From positions 1,031 to 65,030 of the forward strand of contig CAIRYW010000027.1 of the NCBI GenBank assembly GCA_903882905.1: a stretch of DNA of 64,000 nt, given 5' to 3'. Shown piece by piece: positions 36,268-45,485 of this stretch. The stretch comes from an uncultured bacterium. GTDB taxonomy: Bacteria; Patescibacteriota; Minisyncoccia; Phycocordibacterales; CAIRYW01. A model generated the notes under the pieces. The model saw only the letters and a list, made by a program, of their open reading frames with translations, had not been told where the DNA came from and did not search any database. Position 1 is the stretch's first letter; each line of letters begins with the position of its first letter. The position numbers were made by a program, and so were the translations under genes.

Positions 36268-36621
36268 ATGTCACGATCAGTCAAAAAAGGACCATATGTC
36301 GACGAAAAGCTTCTAAAGAAGATTGCCGGCAAAAAACCACAGGAATCTGGGGTTATTAAGACTTGGGCGAGAGCAAGCCAGATTGCACCAGAAATGGTGG
36401 GATTTATCTTTGGCGTCCACAACGGAAAATCACATATAGAAGTTTTTGTCACCGAGGATATGGTAGGTCACCGACTCGGTGAATTTTCTTTAACAAGAAA
36501 ATTCGTTAAACACGGAGGAAAAATGCAAAAAGAACAAGATTTAGCAAAGAAAGATGCTGAACTTGCAGCTGCAAAAAGTGCTAAAGCAGCAACCGAAACT
36601 CCAGTCGGAGCTAAAAAATAA
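36268..36621 (+). CDS. rpsS: Ribosomal protein S19 (with Ala/Lys-rich C-terminal extension)
   Basis: [19 protein letters not shown]… classic S19 N-terminus. Confidence 0.9.
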   Translation: MSRSVKKGPYVDEKLLKKIAGKKPQESGVIKTWARASQIAPEMVGFIFGVHNGKSHIEVFVTEDMVGHRLGEFSLTRKFVKHGGKMQKEQDLAKKDAELAAAKSAKAATETPVGAKK

Positions 36622-36626
36622 TCACC

Positions 36627-37019
36627 ATGACAGTCGCAACCCTAAAAAATTATCGCCAATCACCTAGAAAAGTTAGGCTAATTGCTGACTTAGTTCGAGG
36701 AAAATCAATCGATTCAGCCGAGAATATTTTGACTTTTGCTGTAAAAAGATCTTCTCCAGTGATTCTTAAACTGATCAAATCAGCTGTCGCGAATGCTACA
36801 AACAATTCTGGTGTTTCAAAGGAATCACTTTTCATTAAGACAATTACAGTGAATAAGGGTGTTGTTTTGAAGCGTTCAATGCCAAGAGCTCGTGGTTCTG
36901 CTTCAGCAATCCGCAAACACACAAGTATTGTCAAAGTTGAGCTTGGAATTAGAGAAGTAAAAGCTCCAAAACCAAAGGTTTTAAAAGCTAAAAACCCAAA
37001 GCTAGAAGCTAAGAATTAA
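36627..37019 (+). CDS. rplV: Ribosomal protein L22
   Basis: Conserved L22 core and operon position. Confidence 0.9.
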   Translation: MTVATLKNYRQSPRKVRLIADLVRGKSIDSAENILTFAVKRSSPVILKLIKSAVANATNNSGVSKESLFIKTITVNKGVVLKRSMPRARGSASAIRKHTSIVKVELGIREVKAPKPKVLKAKNPKLEAKN

Positions 37020-37023
37020 TAAC

Positions 37024-37686
37024 ATGTCACATACCGTTCATCCATATTCACATAGATTAGGAACAATCAGAGACTGGAAAAGTCGATGGTTTGCTGTAAA
37101 TTCAAAGTACCGTGAATTCCTAAAAGGTGACATTCTTCTTCGCGAACACCTAGAGAAAAAACTTAAAGGTATGTATGTTAGTGGCGTGGAAATCGAAAGA
37201 GGAGCAAAAACAATCAGAGTAGTTATCACAACTTCTCGTCCTGGAATTATTATCGGCAGAAATGGTGAATCAGCAGAAAAACTCAGAAAAGATATAAATA
37301 CTTTTTTGAACAGAAACAAACTTTCAACTGGTCAAGAATTAAAACTTGATGTAGAAGAAATTAAATCTCCAGAATCAAATGCAATGATTGTCGCAATGCT
37401 TATGGCAGAAGGTTTGGAGAAAAGAATGCCTTTCAGAAGAGTAATGAAGCAAACAGTTGAAAAAGTTATGGCAAATAGAGGAGTTGAAGGAGTAAAGATT
37501 TATTTAGGTGGACGATTGGGAGGTGCTGATATGGCAAGATCTGAGACTTTGAAGAAGGGAAGAATACCACTTCAGACAATTAGAGCTGATATTGATTATG
37601 CAGAATACAGAGCAACTATCCCTCAAGGCGATTTAGGTATAAAAGTTTGGATTTACAGAGGTGAAATTTTTAATAAAGAAAAATAA
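37024..37686 (+). CDS. rpsC: Ribosomal protein S3
   Basis: KH domain and S3-C domain. …VHPYSHRLG.IRDWKSRWFA…. Confidence 0.9.
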   Translation: MSHTVHPYSHRLGTIRDWKSRWFAVNSKYREFLKGDILLREHLEKKLKGMYVSGVEIERGAKTIRVVITTSRPGIIIGRNGESAEKLRKDINTFLNRNKLSTGQELKLDVEEIKSPESNAMIVAMLMAEGLEKRMPFRRVMKQTVEKVMANRGVEGVKIYLGGRLGGADMARSETLKKGRIPLQTIRADIDYAEYRATIPQGDLGIKVWIYRGEIFNKEK

Positions 37687-37700
37687 TTTAATTTACTACC

Positions 37701-38120
37701 ATGTTATTCCCTAAAAAAGTAAAACACAGAAAATGGCAAAGTGCCCGAAGAAACTTTTCAAAGTTGAAAACTGAAACTCGTGGTACTACAGTTTCTTTTG
37801 GCTCACATGGCCTTAAAGCTACAGCTTATGCAAGAGTAAAATCAAATCAAATAGAATCAGCAAGAAAAGTTGTAGCAAGATCAATCGGAAAAACAGGCAA
37901 GATGTGGATTAGAATTTTCCCAGACAGACCATATACATCAAAACCGCCAGAAGTTCCCATGGGAAACGGAAAGGGGGATCCAGATGGATACTGTTTTGAG
38001 GTTTACCCAGGACGTGTCATTTTTGAAGTAGATGGTCTTGCAGAAAAAGACGCTAAGGAAGCTCTAAGAAAAGCTGGAACAAAACTTCCAATGAAAACTA
38101 AAATCTTCGCTCGAGTATAA
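37701..38120 (+). CDS. rplP: Ribosomal protein L16
   Basis: MLFPKKVKHRK… and a conserved core. Confidence 0.9.
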   Translation: MLFPKKVKHRKWQSARRNFSKLKTETRGTTVSFGSHGLKATAYARVKSNQIESARKVVARSIGKTGKMWIRIFPDRPYTSKPPEVPMGNGKGDPDGYCFEVYPGRVIFEVDGLAEKDAKEALRKAGTKLPMKTKIFARV

Positions 38121-38132
38121 CCAACAGAAAAG

Positions 38133-38375
38133 ATGAAAATTAACGAAATTAGACAAAAGAATAAAGAGCAAATAGAAAAGCTCATCCACGATCAAAGAGA
38201 AAAACTCAAGGATTTGATGTTTGGTTCTGCTGGAGCTCGTGAAAAAAATGTAAAACTTCAAAAGACTTTGAAAAAAGATATTGCAAGATTTATTACTGTT
38301 TTAAATGAAGTAAAGAAAGAAGTCGTAGTAGAAACAAAGAAAGCAGAGGTAAAAGTTAGTAAAATAAGGAGCTAG
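38133..38375 (+). CDS. rpmC: Ribosomal protein L29
   Basis: Helical 80-aa protein, …LRMQ.A.G.L… type, in the expected position. Confidence 0.8.
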   Translation: MKINEIRQKNKEQIEKLIHDQREKLKDLMFGSAGAREKNVKLQKTLKKDIARFITVLNEVKKEVVVETKKAEVKVSKIRS

Positions 38376-38559
38376 CGACTATATTTTACTAACCCTAACA
38401 AATTTTTTTAAACAAATTTACAAAATTATGAAAATCAATACCACATACAACATATTGAAAATAAAAATCAGTTTGCCAACTGATTTTTGTGGTGATTTAA
38501 ATAAAAAAACTTGCGAGGGTCATTATTTTACTAATTCACTACGCTCATAAGAAAAATAT

Positions 38560-38820
38560 ATGAAAATCAAATCAGAAAAAACAGTGAAAGTTTCAAAGGG
38601 CAAGATCCTAGAAGGAGTTGTCGTTTCAGATAAGATGAAAGATACTTGCAGTGTTGCTGTTGAACGTTATGTTAAGCTTCCAAAATACGGAAAATATGTC
38701 ACAAGAACAAAAAAGTATCTTGCTGACGACAAAGGAAACACAAAGAAAATTGGAGATAAAGTAACAATTCAGGAATGTTCACCGATTTCAAAGAGAAAGT
38801 CATTTAAAGTAATTAATTAA
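38560..38820 (+). CDS. rpsQ: Ribosomal protein S17
   Basis: …GVVVSDKM.KT..V.VER…HP.YGK… S17 OB-fold. Confidence 0.9.
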   Translation: MKIKSEKTVKVSKGKILEGVVVSDKMKDTCSVAVERYVKLPKYGKYVTRTKKYLADDKGNTKKIGDKVTIQECSPISKRKSFKVIN

Positions 38821-38825
38821 AAACC

Positions 38826-39197
38826 ATGATCCAGCCAAGAAGTATAGTCCAAATAGCAGACAACACCGGAGCCAAAATAGGCAGAATTTTCAAAGTACTT
38901 GGCTCAAGTAAAAAAAGATATGCTGAAATTGGAGAAATTGTTGTACTTTCAGTACAAAAAGCTGAACCAAGAAAAGCTATCAAAAAGAAAGATGTACTTC
39001 AGGCTGTAGTTGTGAGACAAAAGCAACCAATTAGAAGAAAGGACGGCTCATATATTCGTTTTGATGAAAACGCAGTCGTTATCATTGAAAAAGGAAAGAA
39101 GGATCCAATTGGAGGAAGAATCTTCGGTCCAATTCCAAGAGAAATTGCAGAAGCAGGATTTCAAAAAATTGCATCACTTGCACCTGAAATCGTTTAA
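38826..39197 (+). CDS. rplN: Ribosomal protein L14
   Basis: MIQPRSIVQIADNTGAK… classic L14. Confidence 0.95.
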   Translation: MIQPRSIVQIADNTGAKIGRIFKVLGSSKKRYAEIGEIVVLSVQKAEPRKAIKKKDVLQAVVVRQKQPIRRKDGSYIRFDENAVVIIEKGKKDPIGGRIFGPIPREIAEAGFQKIASLAPEIV

Positions 39198-39206
39198 ATA
39201 AAAAAT

Positions 39207-39443
39207 ATGAAAATTAAAAAAGGAGACAACATAATAGTAATTGCGGGAAAAGACAAAGGTAAGACTGGAAAAGTCAGCAAGGTTTTTCCTAAGAATAATT
39301 CAGTTCTTGTTCCTGGAATCAATATCAAGAAAAAACACCAAAAGCCAAGAAGTCAAAATCAAAAAGGTCAGATTATCGATATCCCAACACCAATTGACGC
39401 TTCAAATGTTTCCATTGAGGCAAAAGTTAAGAAGGCTAAATAA
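39207..39443 (+). CDS. rplX: Ribosomal protein L24
   Basis: MKIKKGDNIIVIAGKDKGKTGKV… KOW motif. Confidence 0.9.
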   Translation: MKIKKGDNIIVIAGKDKGKTGKVSKVFPKNNSVLVPGINIKKKHQKPRSQNQKGQIIDIPTPIDASNVSIEAKVKKAK

Positions 39444-39448
39444 ATCAT

Positions 39449-39988
39449 ATGATTTCCATCAAAGAAAAACAGAAAAAAGCATTTGCACATCTTAAGTCAC
39501 AATTTGGTTACAAAAATGTTATGCAGGCCCCAAAGCTTGTTAAGGTCATTGTAACAACTGGAGTTGGAAAAGTTGCTGACAAAAAGAAAAAGGAGCTTAT
39601 TTCAGACAGACTAGCAAAAATTACAGGTCAGAAAGTTGCTCCAAGACAAGCAAAGAAGTCAATCGCGAGTTTTAAAGTTAGAGCAGGCGACCAAATTGGT
39701 TACCAAGTGACTCTACGAGAAGCAAGAATGTTTGATTTTCTAGATAAGCTTGTTGATATCGCTCTTCCTCGAACAAAAGACTTTAGAGGTCTTAATGCAA
39801 AGGCGATTGATGAAATGGGTAACGTAACTTTTGGAATCAAAGAACACACAATTTTCCCAGAAACTTCAGATGAAGATGTGCGCGATGTTTTCAGTCTTGC
39901 TATCACAGTTGTTGTAACATCAAAAGACAAGAAGGAAACAGAAGAATTTCTAAGATACCTAGGCTTCCCTTGGAGTAAAGTTAAATAA
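39449..39988 (+). CDS. rplE: Ribosomal protein L5
   Basis: Conserved L5 core. Confidence 0.9.
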   Translation: MISIKEKQKKAFAHLKSQFGYKNVMQAPKLVKVIVTTGVGKVADKKKKELISDRLAKITGQKVAPRQAKKSIASFKVRAGDQIGYQVTLREARMFDFLDKLVDIALPRTKDFRGLNAKAIDEMGNVTFGIKEHTIFPETSDEDVRDVFSLAITVVVTSKDKKETEEFLRYLGFPWSKVK

Positions 39989-40017
39989 TCAATATCTAAT
40001 CTATTTTAAATTTAAAA

Positions 40018-40048
40018 ACCGCGAAGTGGAAAACCTTTGCGGTTTTTT
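40018..40048 (+). terminator. Terminator-like hairpin after rplE (aaaccgc…gcggttt + T-run)
   Basis: A 7-bp stem and T6. It overlaps the ORF-track start of the next gene, suggesting that gene starts at the MKKYF ATG at about 40121. Confidence 0.45.
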
Positions 40049-42529
40049 ACTATGTGTATGATAGAATTTACACAGTGGTTTACTATTAATTGGCGAAAAA
40101 TAATCTTAAATTTTTTTATGAAAAAATATTTTAGAATCTTGCTTAGTGCATTAGTTATTAGTACATCTTTTTTTCTATCTCCTCAGTCTCTTTTTGCACA
40201 GCAAACAGCGACTTCAACTGATGGTTTATCCGATCAACATTTCACTACAGTCAATGTAATTGATGAGCTGTTTCAAGATAAAGCATATGTGATAGGTGAT
40301 ACAGTTAACGGTAGTTTTGTATTAAAGAATACCAACACCTATGATGTACCGGAAGTTTATTATGTAATGTCAATTTTAACAGGGTTTGATGAAAACACCC
40401 TTAAGGCAAAAGGACAATTTGGTGATACCGAAAGACAAGGGCCTATTTTTGTCTCAAAGAATTCAGATAAAACAATAAATTTTTCCTACAAAATTCCTCA
40501 GTTTTTTGACAACACCCAAAAAGGAGAAAAGATTGTACTTCACGTTGAAGCATATTCATCTTCTGGCGTGAGAATGGGGTGGTTTGATAAAGAAATAAAA
40601 ATAGAAAATCTGACAAAACAATTAGCTGAGGTTTTTAATACTAGTATTGAGGTTAATAATAAAGAATTTACTCCAAAGCAAGGCCCGACTGTTCTAGATG
40701 GACAGAAAGCAAATTTTAATGTCGTTCTATACAATAGCAGTTCTTCCGATGTAACTATTTTCCCTGAGATAACAATTCATGATCGCCAACCATCAACTCC
40801 AGTTATCGGAAATAAAACTTATGATCCAATAGTTCTTCCTGCAGGTTTGTATGTTGAGGAAAGTTTTGAGCTTCCACAATTCGACAATTTTAAAGGAGTC
40901 TACGCTGGAAAATTTCGTTTTACCGATGGTAAAGATAACGATGTAGCTGAAGGTGTATATCTTCGATATATTGTTGGTGAAGATTATGGGACCATTCAGT
41001 CTGTGACTATTGATAAAACATCTGTAGCGGAAGGAGACATATTTAATTCTTCTGTTGTATACACAGGACCAGCCACCAATATCAACACATCTCAACCAAC
41101 ACTTGGAGAAGGAACGATGAATGTCAGTATTACAAATGAAAAAGGGGAAATTGTTGCAAGTTCAACACAAAACATTGCTCTAGATACTAATACTGACAAT
41201 AAAACAGTTAATTTTAATCTTGAAGCTCAAAGAGATGCTTCACAACTTTTTGTTTCAGTTATTATGAAAAAAGATAATCAAATACTTGCCACTTACTCAT
41301 CTCGTCTCACGGATCCAGAAAAAGTATTACCTAAACAAAGCCAAAATTTCTCTCTCTATATAATTGCTGCTATTTTGTTTGGAATTATTATCTTAATTAT
41401 TTTAATTGCACTTTTTCTTAAAATGAAAAAACGAAATACAATAATGTTTCTCGCTTTAGGCTCTTTATTTGTTGGGGGTATGTTTGCACCAGGTCATGCT
41501 TCTGCAGCCCTTTATGCTTTGAGCATTAACAGTCCATATGATGGGCAACAAGTAAATGCTGGAGCAACATTTTCTTCTTCGGGTTCTGGTGGTATTAAGG
41601 TATGTGGAAATGAATCAGCTAACTTTACTTTAAGTCTTGGATTTCAAGGTCAGGGGCGTTCAGGTAGTTGTTCAATGGCATCGCACTCTTCTTGTAGTGA
41701 TAAAAGAGTTTGTGATAGCCATGGCCATAATTGTCACACTAAGCAGGTTTGCCAAGGCGATGAAAATTTTTATAATCTCCCTTGTAGTGTAGGGACAACT
41801 TTTACCGCTCCACAAGTACCTGGCTCGTATAAATTATATTTGAGTTATGGAGCTAGTTTTTCTGCTGGTTGGGGTAATGCGTCAGAGTCTGGTTCTACAT
41901 TCGTTAACGTAAATGTAGTCTGTCCTACTGGAACAACTTGTGCAAATTCGCCAGTTCCACTACAAAGCTTAACTGGTGGCGGTGGAGGCAACGCTACCAC
42001 CACCTCTATCTGCACCCCAAAACTCGCCTGCTCAGGAACAAAAATAACTGATGGATGTAATCCAGATATTGATTGTCAGGCTGTTAATGGAGCAGGTTCA
42101 ACATGTAGTCCTACAACTCTTACATGTACAAAATCAGCCGCACAAATATATATAGATACAAACGGAGGTACTAACCTTCCATCAGGACAAGTCGTAATAA
42201 AAGATTTTAAAGCTAATACCATCAATCCATATAATTCAACTAACGGAACCGGAGGAAATTGCAGTCCAGTCTTTAACCTATTAACAGAAGACAAATACTC
42301 AACCTGTACTATCACTGGATCAGCTCAAGGTGATCAAACATACACATATCCCATTGTTACACCTAAGACATTGAGCGACAGTAAAGTTAAGAGCGAAACA
42401 CAGTACAAATTAACTTGTGGTGAAAACCTCCCTGACCCAAAAACAGGAGCAACAACTACCTTAACTGGTACCTCTACCAAATATGCTACTTGTTACATCA
42501 ATGCTAGCTTTAGTGAGGTGAATCCGTAG
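40037..42529 (+). CDS. Large secreted/surface protein inserted in the ribosomal cluster. It has an N-terminal signal peptide, a central pair of hydrophobic segments, and a C-terminal Cys/Gly/Thr-rich domain
   Basis: Signal LLSALVISTSFFLSPQSLFAQQ. Central IIAAILFGIIILIILIALFL then MKKRNTIMFLALGSLFVGGMFAPGHASA (a second signal-peptide-like segment). C-terminal region has many Cys and GGGG runs. Confidence 0.5.
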   Translation: MRFFTMCMIEFTQWFTINWRKIILNFFMKKYFRILLSALVISTSFFLSPQSLFAQQTATSTDGLSDQHFTTVNVIDELFQDKAYVIGDTVNGSFVLKNTNTYDVPEVYYVMSILTGFDENTLKAKGQFGDTERQGPIFVSKNSDKTINFSYKIPQFFDNTQKGEKIVLHVEAYSSSGVRMGWFDKEIKIENLTKQLAEVFNTSIEVNNKEFTPKQGPTVLDGQKANFNVVLYNSSSSDVTIFPEITIHDRQPSTPVIGNKTYDPIVLPAGLYVEESFELPQFDNFKGVYAGKFRFTDGKDNDVAEGVYLRYIVGEDYGTIQSVTIDKTSVAEGDIFNSSVVYTGPATNINTSQPTLGEGTMNVSITNEKGEIVASSTQNIALDTNTDNKTVNFNLEAQRDASQLFVSVIMKKDNQILATYSSRLTDPEKVLPKQSQNFSLYIIAAILFGIIILIILIALFLKMKKRNTIMFLALGSLFVGGMFAPGHASAALYALSINSPYDGQQVNAGATFSSSGSGGIKVCGNESANFTLSLGFQGQGRSGSCSMASHSSCSDKRVCDSHGHNCHTKQVCQGDENFYNLPCSVGTTFTAPQVPGSYKLYLSYGASFSAGWGNASESGSTFVNVNVVCPTGTTCANSPVPLQSLTGGGGGNATTTSICTPKLACSGTKITDGCNPDIDCQAVNGAGSTCSPTTLTCTKSAAQIYIDTNGGTNLPSGQVVIKDFKANTINPYNSTNGTGGNCSPVFNLLTEDKYSTCTITGSAQGDQTYTYPIVTPKTLSDSKVKSETQYKLTCGENLPDPKTGATTTLTGTSTKYATCYINASFSEVNP

Positions 42530-42547
42530 GGAAATCCAGTAGACAGA

Positions 42548-42588
42548 CTTGGAGGTAAGTCCTCCTCTTGAGAGGTCTTTCCTCCAAG
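42548..42588. repeat. Nested hairpin element cttggaggtaagtcctcctcttgagaggtctttcctccaag (copy 2)
   Basis: Near-identical to 31178-31219. Confidence 0.7.
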
Positions 42589-42624
42589 TTATATTCAAAT
42601 TTCTGGATTCCCGCTTCCGCGGGG

Positions 42625-42670
42625 ATGACAACCAAAAAGTCAAATTTTCAAAGGACAATCCTTTGAAAAT
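42625..42670. repeat. Perfect 21-bp-stem hairpin aaaagtcaaattttcaaagga caat cctttgaaaatttgactttt
   Basis: Perfect inverted repeat in the 360-bp intergenic region before rpsN. Flanked by other hairpins (cccgcttccgcgggg; ttgatgatttt…aaatcatcaa). Confidence 0.7.
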
Positions 42671-42888
42671 TTGACTTTTTTACTGTCGCTTGTTATCCTC
42701 TAAGGAAGCTCATTTTGAGCTTTTTTGTTTCCTTTAAGAAGGGACAGAATCGGGAGTACAGCGATTTGCTCATGTGGCACTTCATTACCCCTTAAACTTT
42801 TTACCGTTGTATTTCTGGGTTTTTCTCGGAATTTAACGGCAAAAAGTTTATAGGTTGATGATTTTCGCTAAATCCTAAATCATCAAAA

Positions 42889-43074
42889 ATGGCAAAAAAA
42901 TCAACAATTGCAAGAGCAAAGAAAACACCAAAATTCTCATCAAGAATAGTGAGAAGATGTTTCCGTTGCGGAAGAAAGCGCGGTTATATGCGCGATTTTG
43001 GTATGTGTAGAATCTGTTTTAGAGAAGCGGCTAATGAAGGTAAACTTCCAGGTATAAAAAAATCATCATGGTAA
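42889..43074 (+). CDS. rpsN: Ribosomal protein S14 (zinc-binding type Z)
   Basis: 61 aa with CxxC…CxxC (RCFRCGRK…GMCRICFRE). Confidence 0.9.
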   Translation: MAKKSTIARAKKTPKFSSRIVRRCFRCGRKRGYMRDFGMCRICFREAANEGKLPGIKKSSW

Positions 43075-43466
43075 ACAGCAAAGTAGCAAACCTAATAATT
43101 AAAATTAAGAATGCCGGTCTTGCACGTCAGGAGACTACGGTTGTTCCTTATTCAAAGTTTTCAGAAGCAATCTTAAAGGTTCTTCAAGAAAAAGGATTTA
43201 TTACATCTTTCAGTAAAGATAGTAAGGGCAAAAAAATAGTTAAGGATATGGAAATTGTACTAGCATACGAAAATGGTCAGCCAAAAATTACAGAAGCAAA
43301 GCTTATGTCTAAGCTTTCAAAAAGAATTTACGGAGGATCATCAGACATCAAACCGGTTAAGAATAATTACGGATTACTTGTAGTTTCAACTTCAAAAGGA
43401 GTGCTTTCAGGCGACGACGCAAAGAAAGCAAAGGTCGGAGGAGAATTATTGTTTAAAGTTTGGTAA
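43068..43466 (+). CDS. rpsH: Ribosomal protein S8
   Basis: Conserved S8 core. Confidence 0.9.
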   Translation: MVNSKVANLIIKIKNAGLARQETTVVPYSKFSEAILKVLQEKGFITSFSKDSKGKKIVKDMEIVLAYENGQPKITEAKLMSKLSKRIYGGSSDIKPVKNNYGLLVVSTSKGVLSGDDAKKAKVGGELLFKVW

Positions 43467-44008
43467 AAAATATGTCACGACTTGCAAAACAACCAATATT
43501 GATTCCTTCCGGTGTTGAAATTACAGTCAACAGTAATATTCTTTCTGTAAAAGGACCAAAAGGAAAAATTGAAAAAAAAATAAATGAAAAAGCAAATGTT
43601 GAAATAAAAGATGGGCACATTGTTATTCCGTTTACTATGGAAAGTTCAGGTACAGTAAAATCACTTGCAGGAACAATTGCTTCTCACGTTTTAAATATGA
43701 TAGAGGGTGTCACAAAAGGTTTTGAGAAAAAGCTTATTCTTGAAGGAGTTGGATTCAAGGCAGATATCAAAGGAAAAGAACTTGTTTGTGCTCTTGGTTT
43801 TTCACATCCTGTTCCTATGACAATTCCAGAAGGACTAGAAGTAAAATCAGAAAAGGGTATAGTAACAATATCAGGAATTGATAAGGAATTGGTTGGAAGT
43901 TTTGCAGCTTTTGTTCGCGGACAGAAGAAACCAGAACCTTACAAAGGAAAGGGTTTTAGATACAGTGATGAAGTGATTAACAGAAAACAAGGAAAGAAAA
44001 CTGTTTAA
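43460..44008 (+). CDS. rplF: Ribosomal protein L6
   Basis: MSRLAKQPI.IP.GVE…KGPKG… L6 repeats. Confidence 0.9.
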   Translation: MVKNMSRLAKQPILIPSGVEITVNSNILSVKGPKGKIEKKINEKANVEIKDGHIVIPFTMESSGTVKSLAGTIASHVLNMIEGVTKGFEKKLILEGVGFKADIKGKELVCALGFSHPVPMTIPEGLEVKSEKGIVTISGIDKELVGSFAAFVRGQKKPEPYKGKGFRYSDEVINRKQGKKTV

Positions 44009-44022
44009 TCAAATATAAATAT

Positions 44023-44373
44023 ATGGCAAAGACAAACCAAAAAACAATAAAAAGAGAAGCAAGAAAGAGAAGAATCCGTTCAAAGGTATCGGGTACTTTG
44101 GAGCGACCTCGTGTTTCAATTTTTAAATCAAATAAATTTATTTATGCTCAGCTTATAAATGATGAAGAAAGTAAAACAATTGTTGCTTGCTCAAGTGCTA
44201 TAGAAGGAAAAGGAAATAAGACAGAAAAGGCAACAAAAACAGGAAAAGATTTTGCAAAACAAATCCAAGCGAAGGGAGTAAAGAAGATAGTTTTTGATAG
44301 AGGAGGTTACATTTACACAGGAAGGATAAAGGCCTTTGCTGATGCTTTAAGAGAATCAGGATTGGATTTTTAA
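44023..44373 (+). CDS. rplR: Ribosomal protein L18
   Basis: Conserved L18 core. Confidence 0.9.
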   Translation: MAKTNQKTIKREARKRRIRSKVSGTLERPRVSIFKSNKFIYAQLINDEESKTIVACSSAIEGKGNKTEKATKTGKDFAKQIQAKGVKKIVFDRGGYIYTGRIKAFADALRESGLDF

Positions 44374-44382
44374 TTTAAATTT

Positions 44383-45039
44383 ATGTCAGAACCAGAAATC
44401 ACAACAGAAGAAAAAGAAATTATAGCTCCAGAAATTGCTCTAGACACATCAGCCGATGTAGTTGCCGACGTTGCTATGCCTGTAAAGCCAGCTTTTGGAA
44501 GTAACTCTTCTTTTGGTGGCTTTGGAGACAGAAAAAGAAACACAAGACCTCAGAGAAAAACAAAGAGGGATCCAAGATCAAAACCAGAATACGATCAGAG
44601 AATGATTAACATCAGAAGAGTAACCAGAGTTTCATCTGGAGGACGAAGATTTAGCTTTTCAGTTGTTGTAGTTGTTGGAAATCACAAAGGCTCAGTTGGA
44701 ATTGCTACTGGAAAGGCTGGAGATACAACACTTGCAATTGATAAGGCATACAGAGCAGCAAAGAAAAATGCTATCCAAGTAAAACTTCTGAAGAATATGT
44801 CTATTCCTCACGAAGTTCAGGAAAAATTTAAAGGTTCAGTTGTTTCAATTTCACCAGCAAAGGGAAAAGGAATGATTGCTGGAAGTGCTGCTCGTGATGT
44901 TATCGAGCTTGCTGGTATCAAAGATGTAAACGCAAAGATTCACTCAGCATCAAAAAATAAACTAAACATCGCACAAGCAACAATTAAAGCCCTTCAAGCT
45001 CTTAGAGAGCCAAAGAAATTTGAAAGACAATCTAAATAA
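44383..45039 (+). CDS. rpsE: Ribosomal protein S5 with about 70-aa N-terminal extension
   Basis: The S5 core starts about …INIRRVTRVSSGGRRFSFSVVVVVGN…. Confidence 0.9.
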   Translation: MSEPEITTEEKEIIAPEIALDTSADVVADVAMPVKPAFGSNSSFGGFGDRKRNTRPQRKTKRDPRSKPEYDQRMINIRRVTRVSSGGRRFSFSVVVVVGNHKGSVGIATGKAGDTTLAIDKAYRAAKKNAIQVKLLKNMSIPHEVQEKFKGSVVSISPAKGKGMIAGSAARDVIELAGIKDVNAKIHSASKNKLNIAQATIKALQALREPKKFERQSK

Positions 45040-45044
45040 ATTTT

Positions 45045-45485
45045 ATGCAAATACACCAAGTAAAAAGAACACATAAAAGAAAGAGTCCAAAAGAAATTGG
45101 ACGTGGAGGTAAAAGAGGTAAGACCTCAGGAAGAGGAACAAAAGGCCAGAAAGCTAGAGCTGGTAGAAAACTTCGCCCAGAAATTAGAGAAGTTATAAAA
45201 AAGATTCCAAAGCTTCGTGGTTATTTCTTTAATAGTATCCAAACAAAACCTGTTGTTGTAAAACTTTCACAGATTGAAAAAACTTTCAAAGCGGGTGAGG
45301 AAGTAACTCCAAAAGCTCTTGCTGAAAAAGGTCTAGTTTCAACATACAAAGGCAAGGTATCAAAAATTAAAATTCTTATTGGCCAGAAAGACGAAAAAAT
45401 TCCAAGTAAAATTTCATTTAAAGGAGTTTTGGTTTCTAAGAGTGCCTTAGAAGCAATAGAAAAAGCTGGAGGTAGTGTATCTTAA
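45045..45485 (+). CDS. rplO: Ribosomal protein L15
   Basis: …RGGKRGKTSGRGTKGQKARAG… Note that it follows rpsE directly, with no rpmD/L30. Confidence 0.9.
   Translation: MQIHQVKRTHKRKSPKEIGRGGKRGKTSGRGTKGQKARAGRKLRPEIREVIKKIPKLRGYFFNSIQTKPVVVKLSQIEKTFKAGEEVTPKALAEKGLVSTYKGKVSKIKILIGQKDEKIPSKISFKGVLVSKSALEAIEKAGGSVS

Noticed and set aside
40037-40120. N-terminal 28 codons of the 830-aa ORF (MRFFTMCMIEF…)
   Set aside because: They overlap the rplE terminator hairpin. The MKKYF start at about 40121, followed by a canonical signal peptide, is more plausible.
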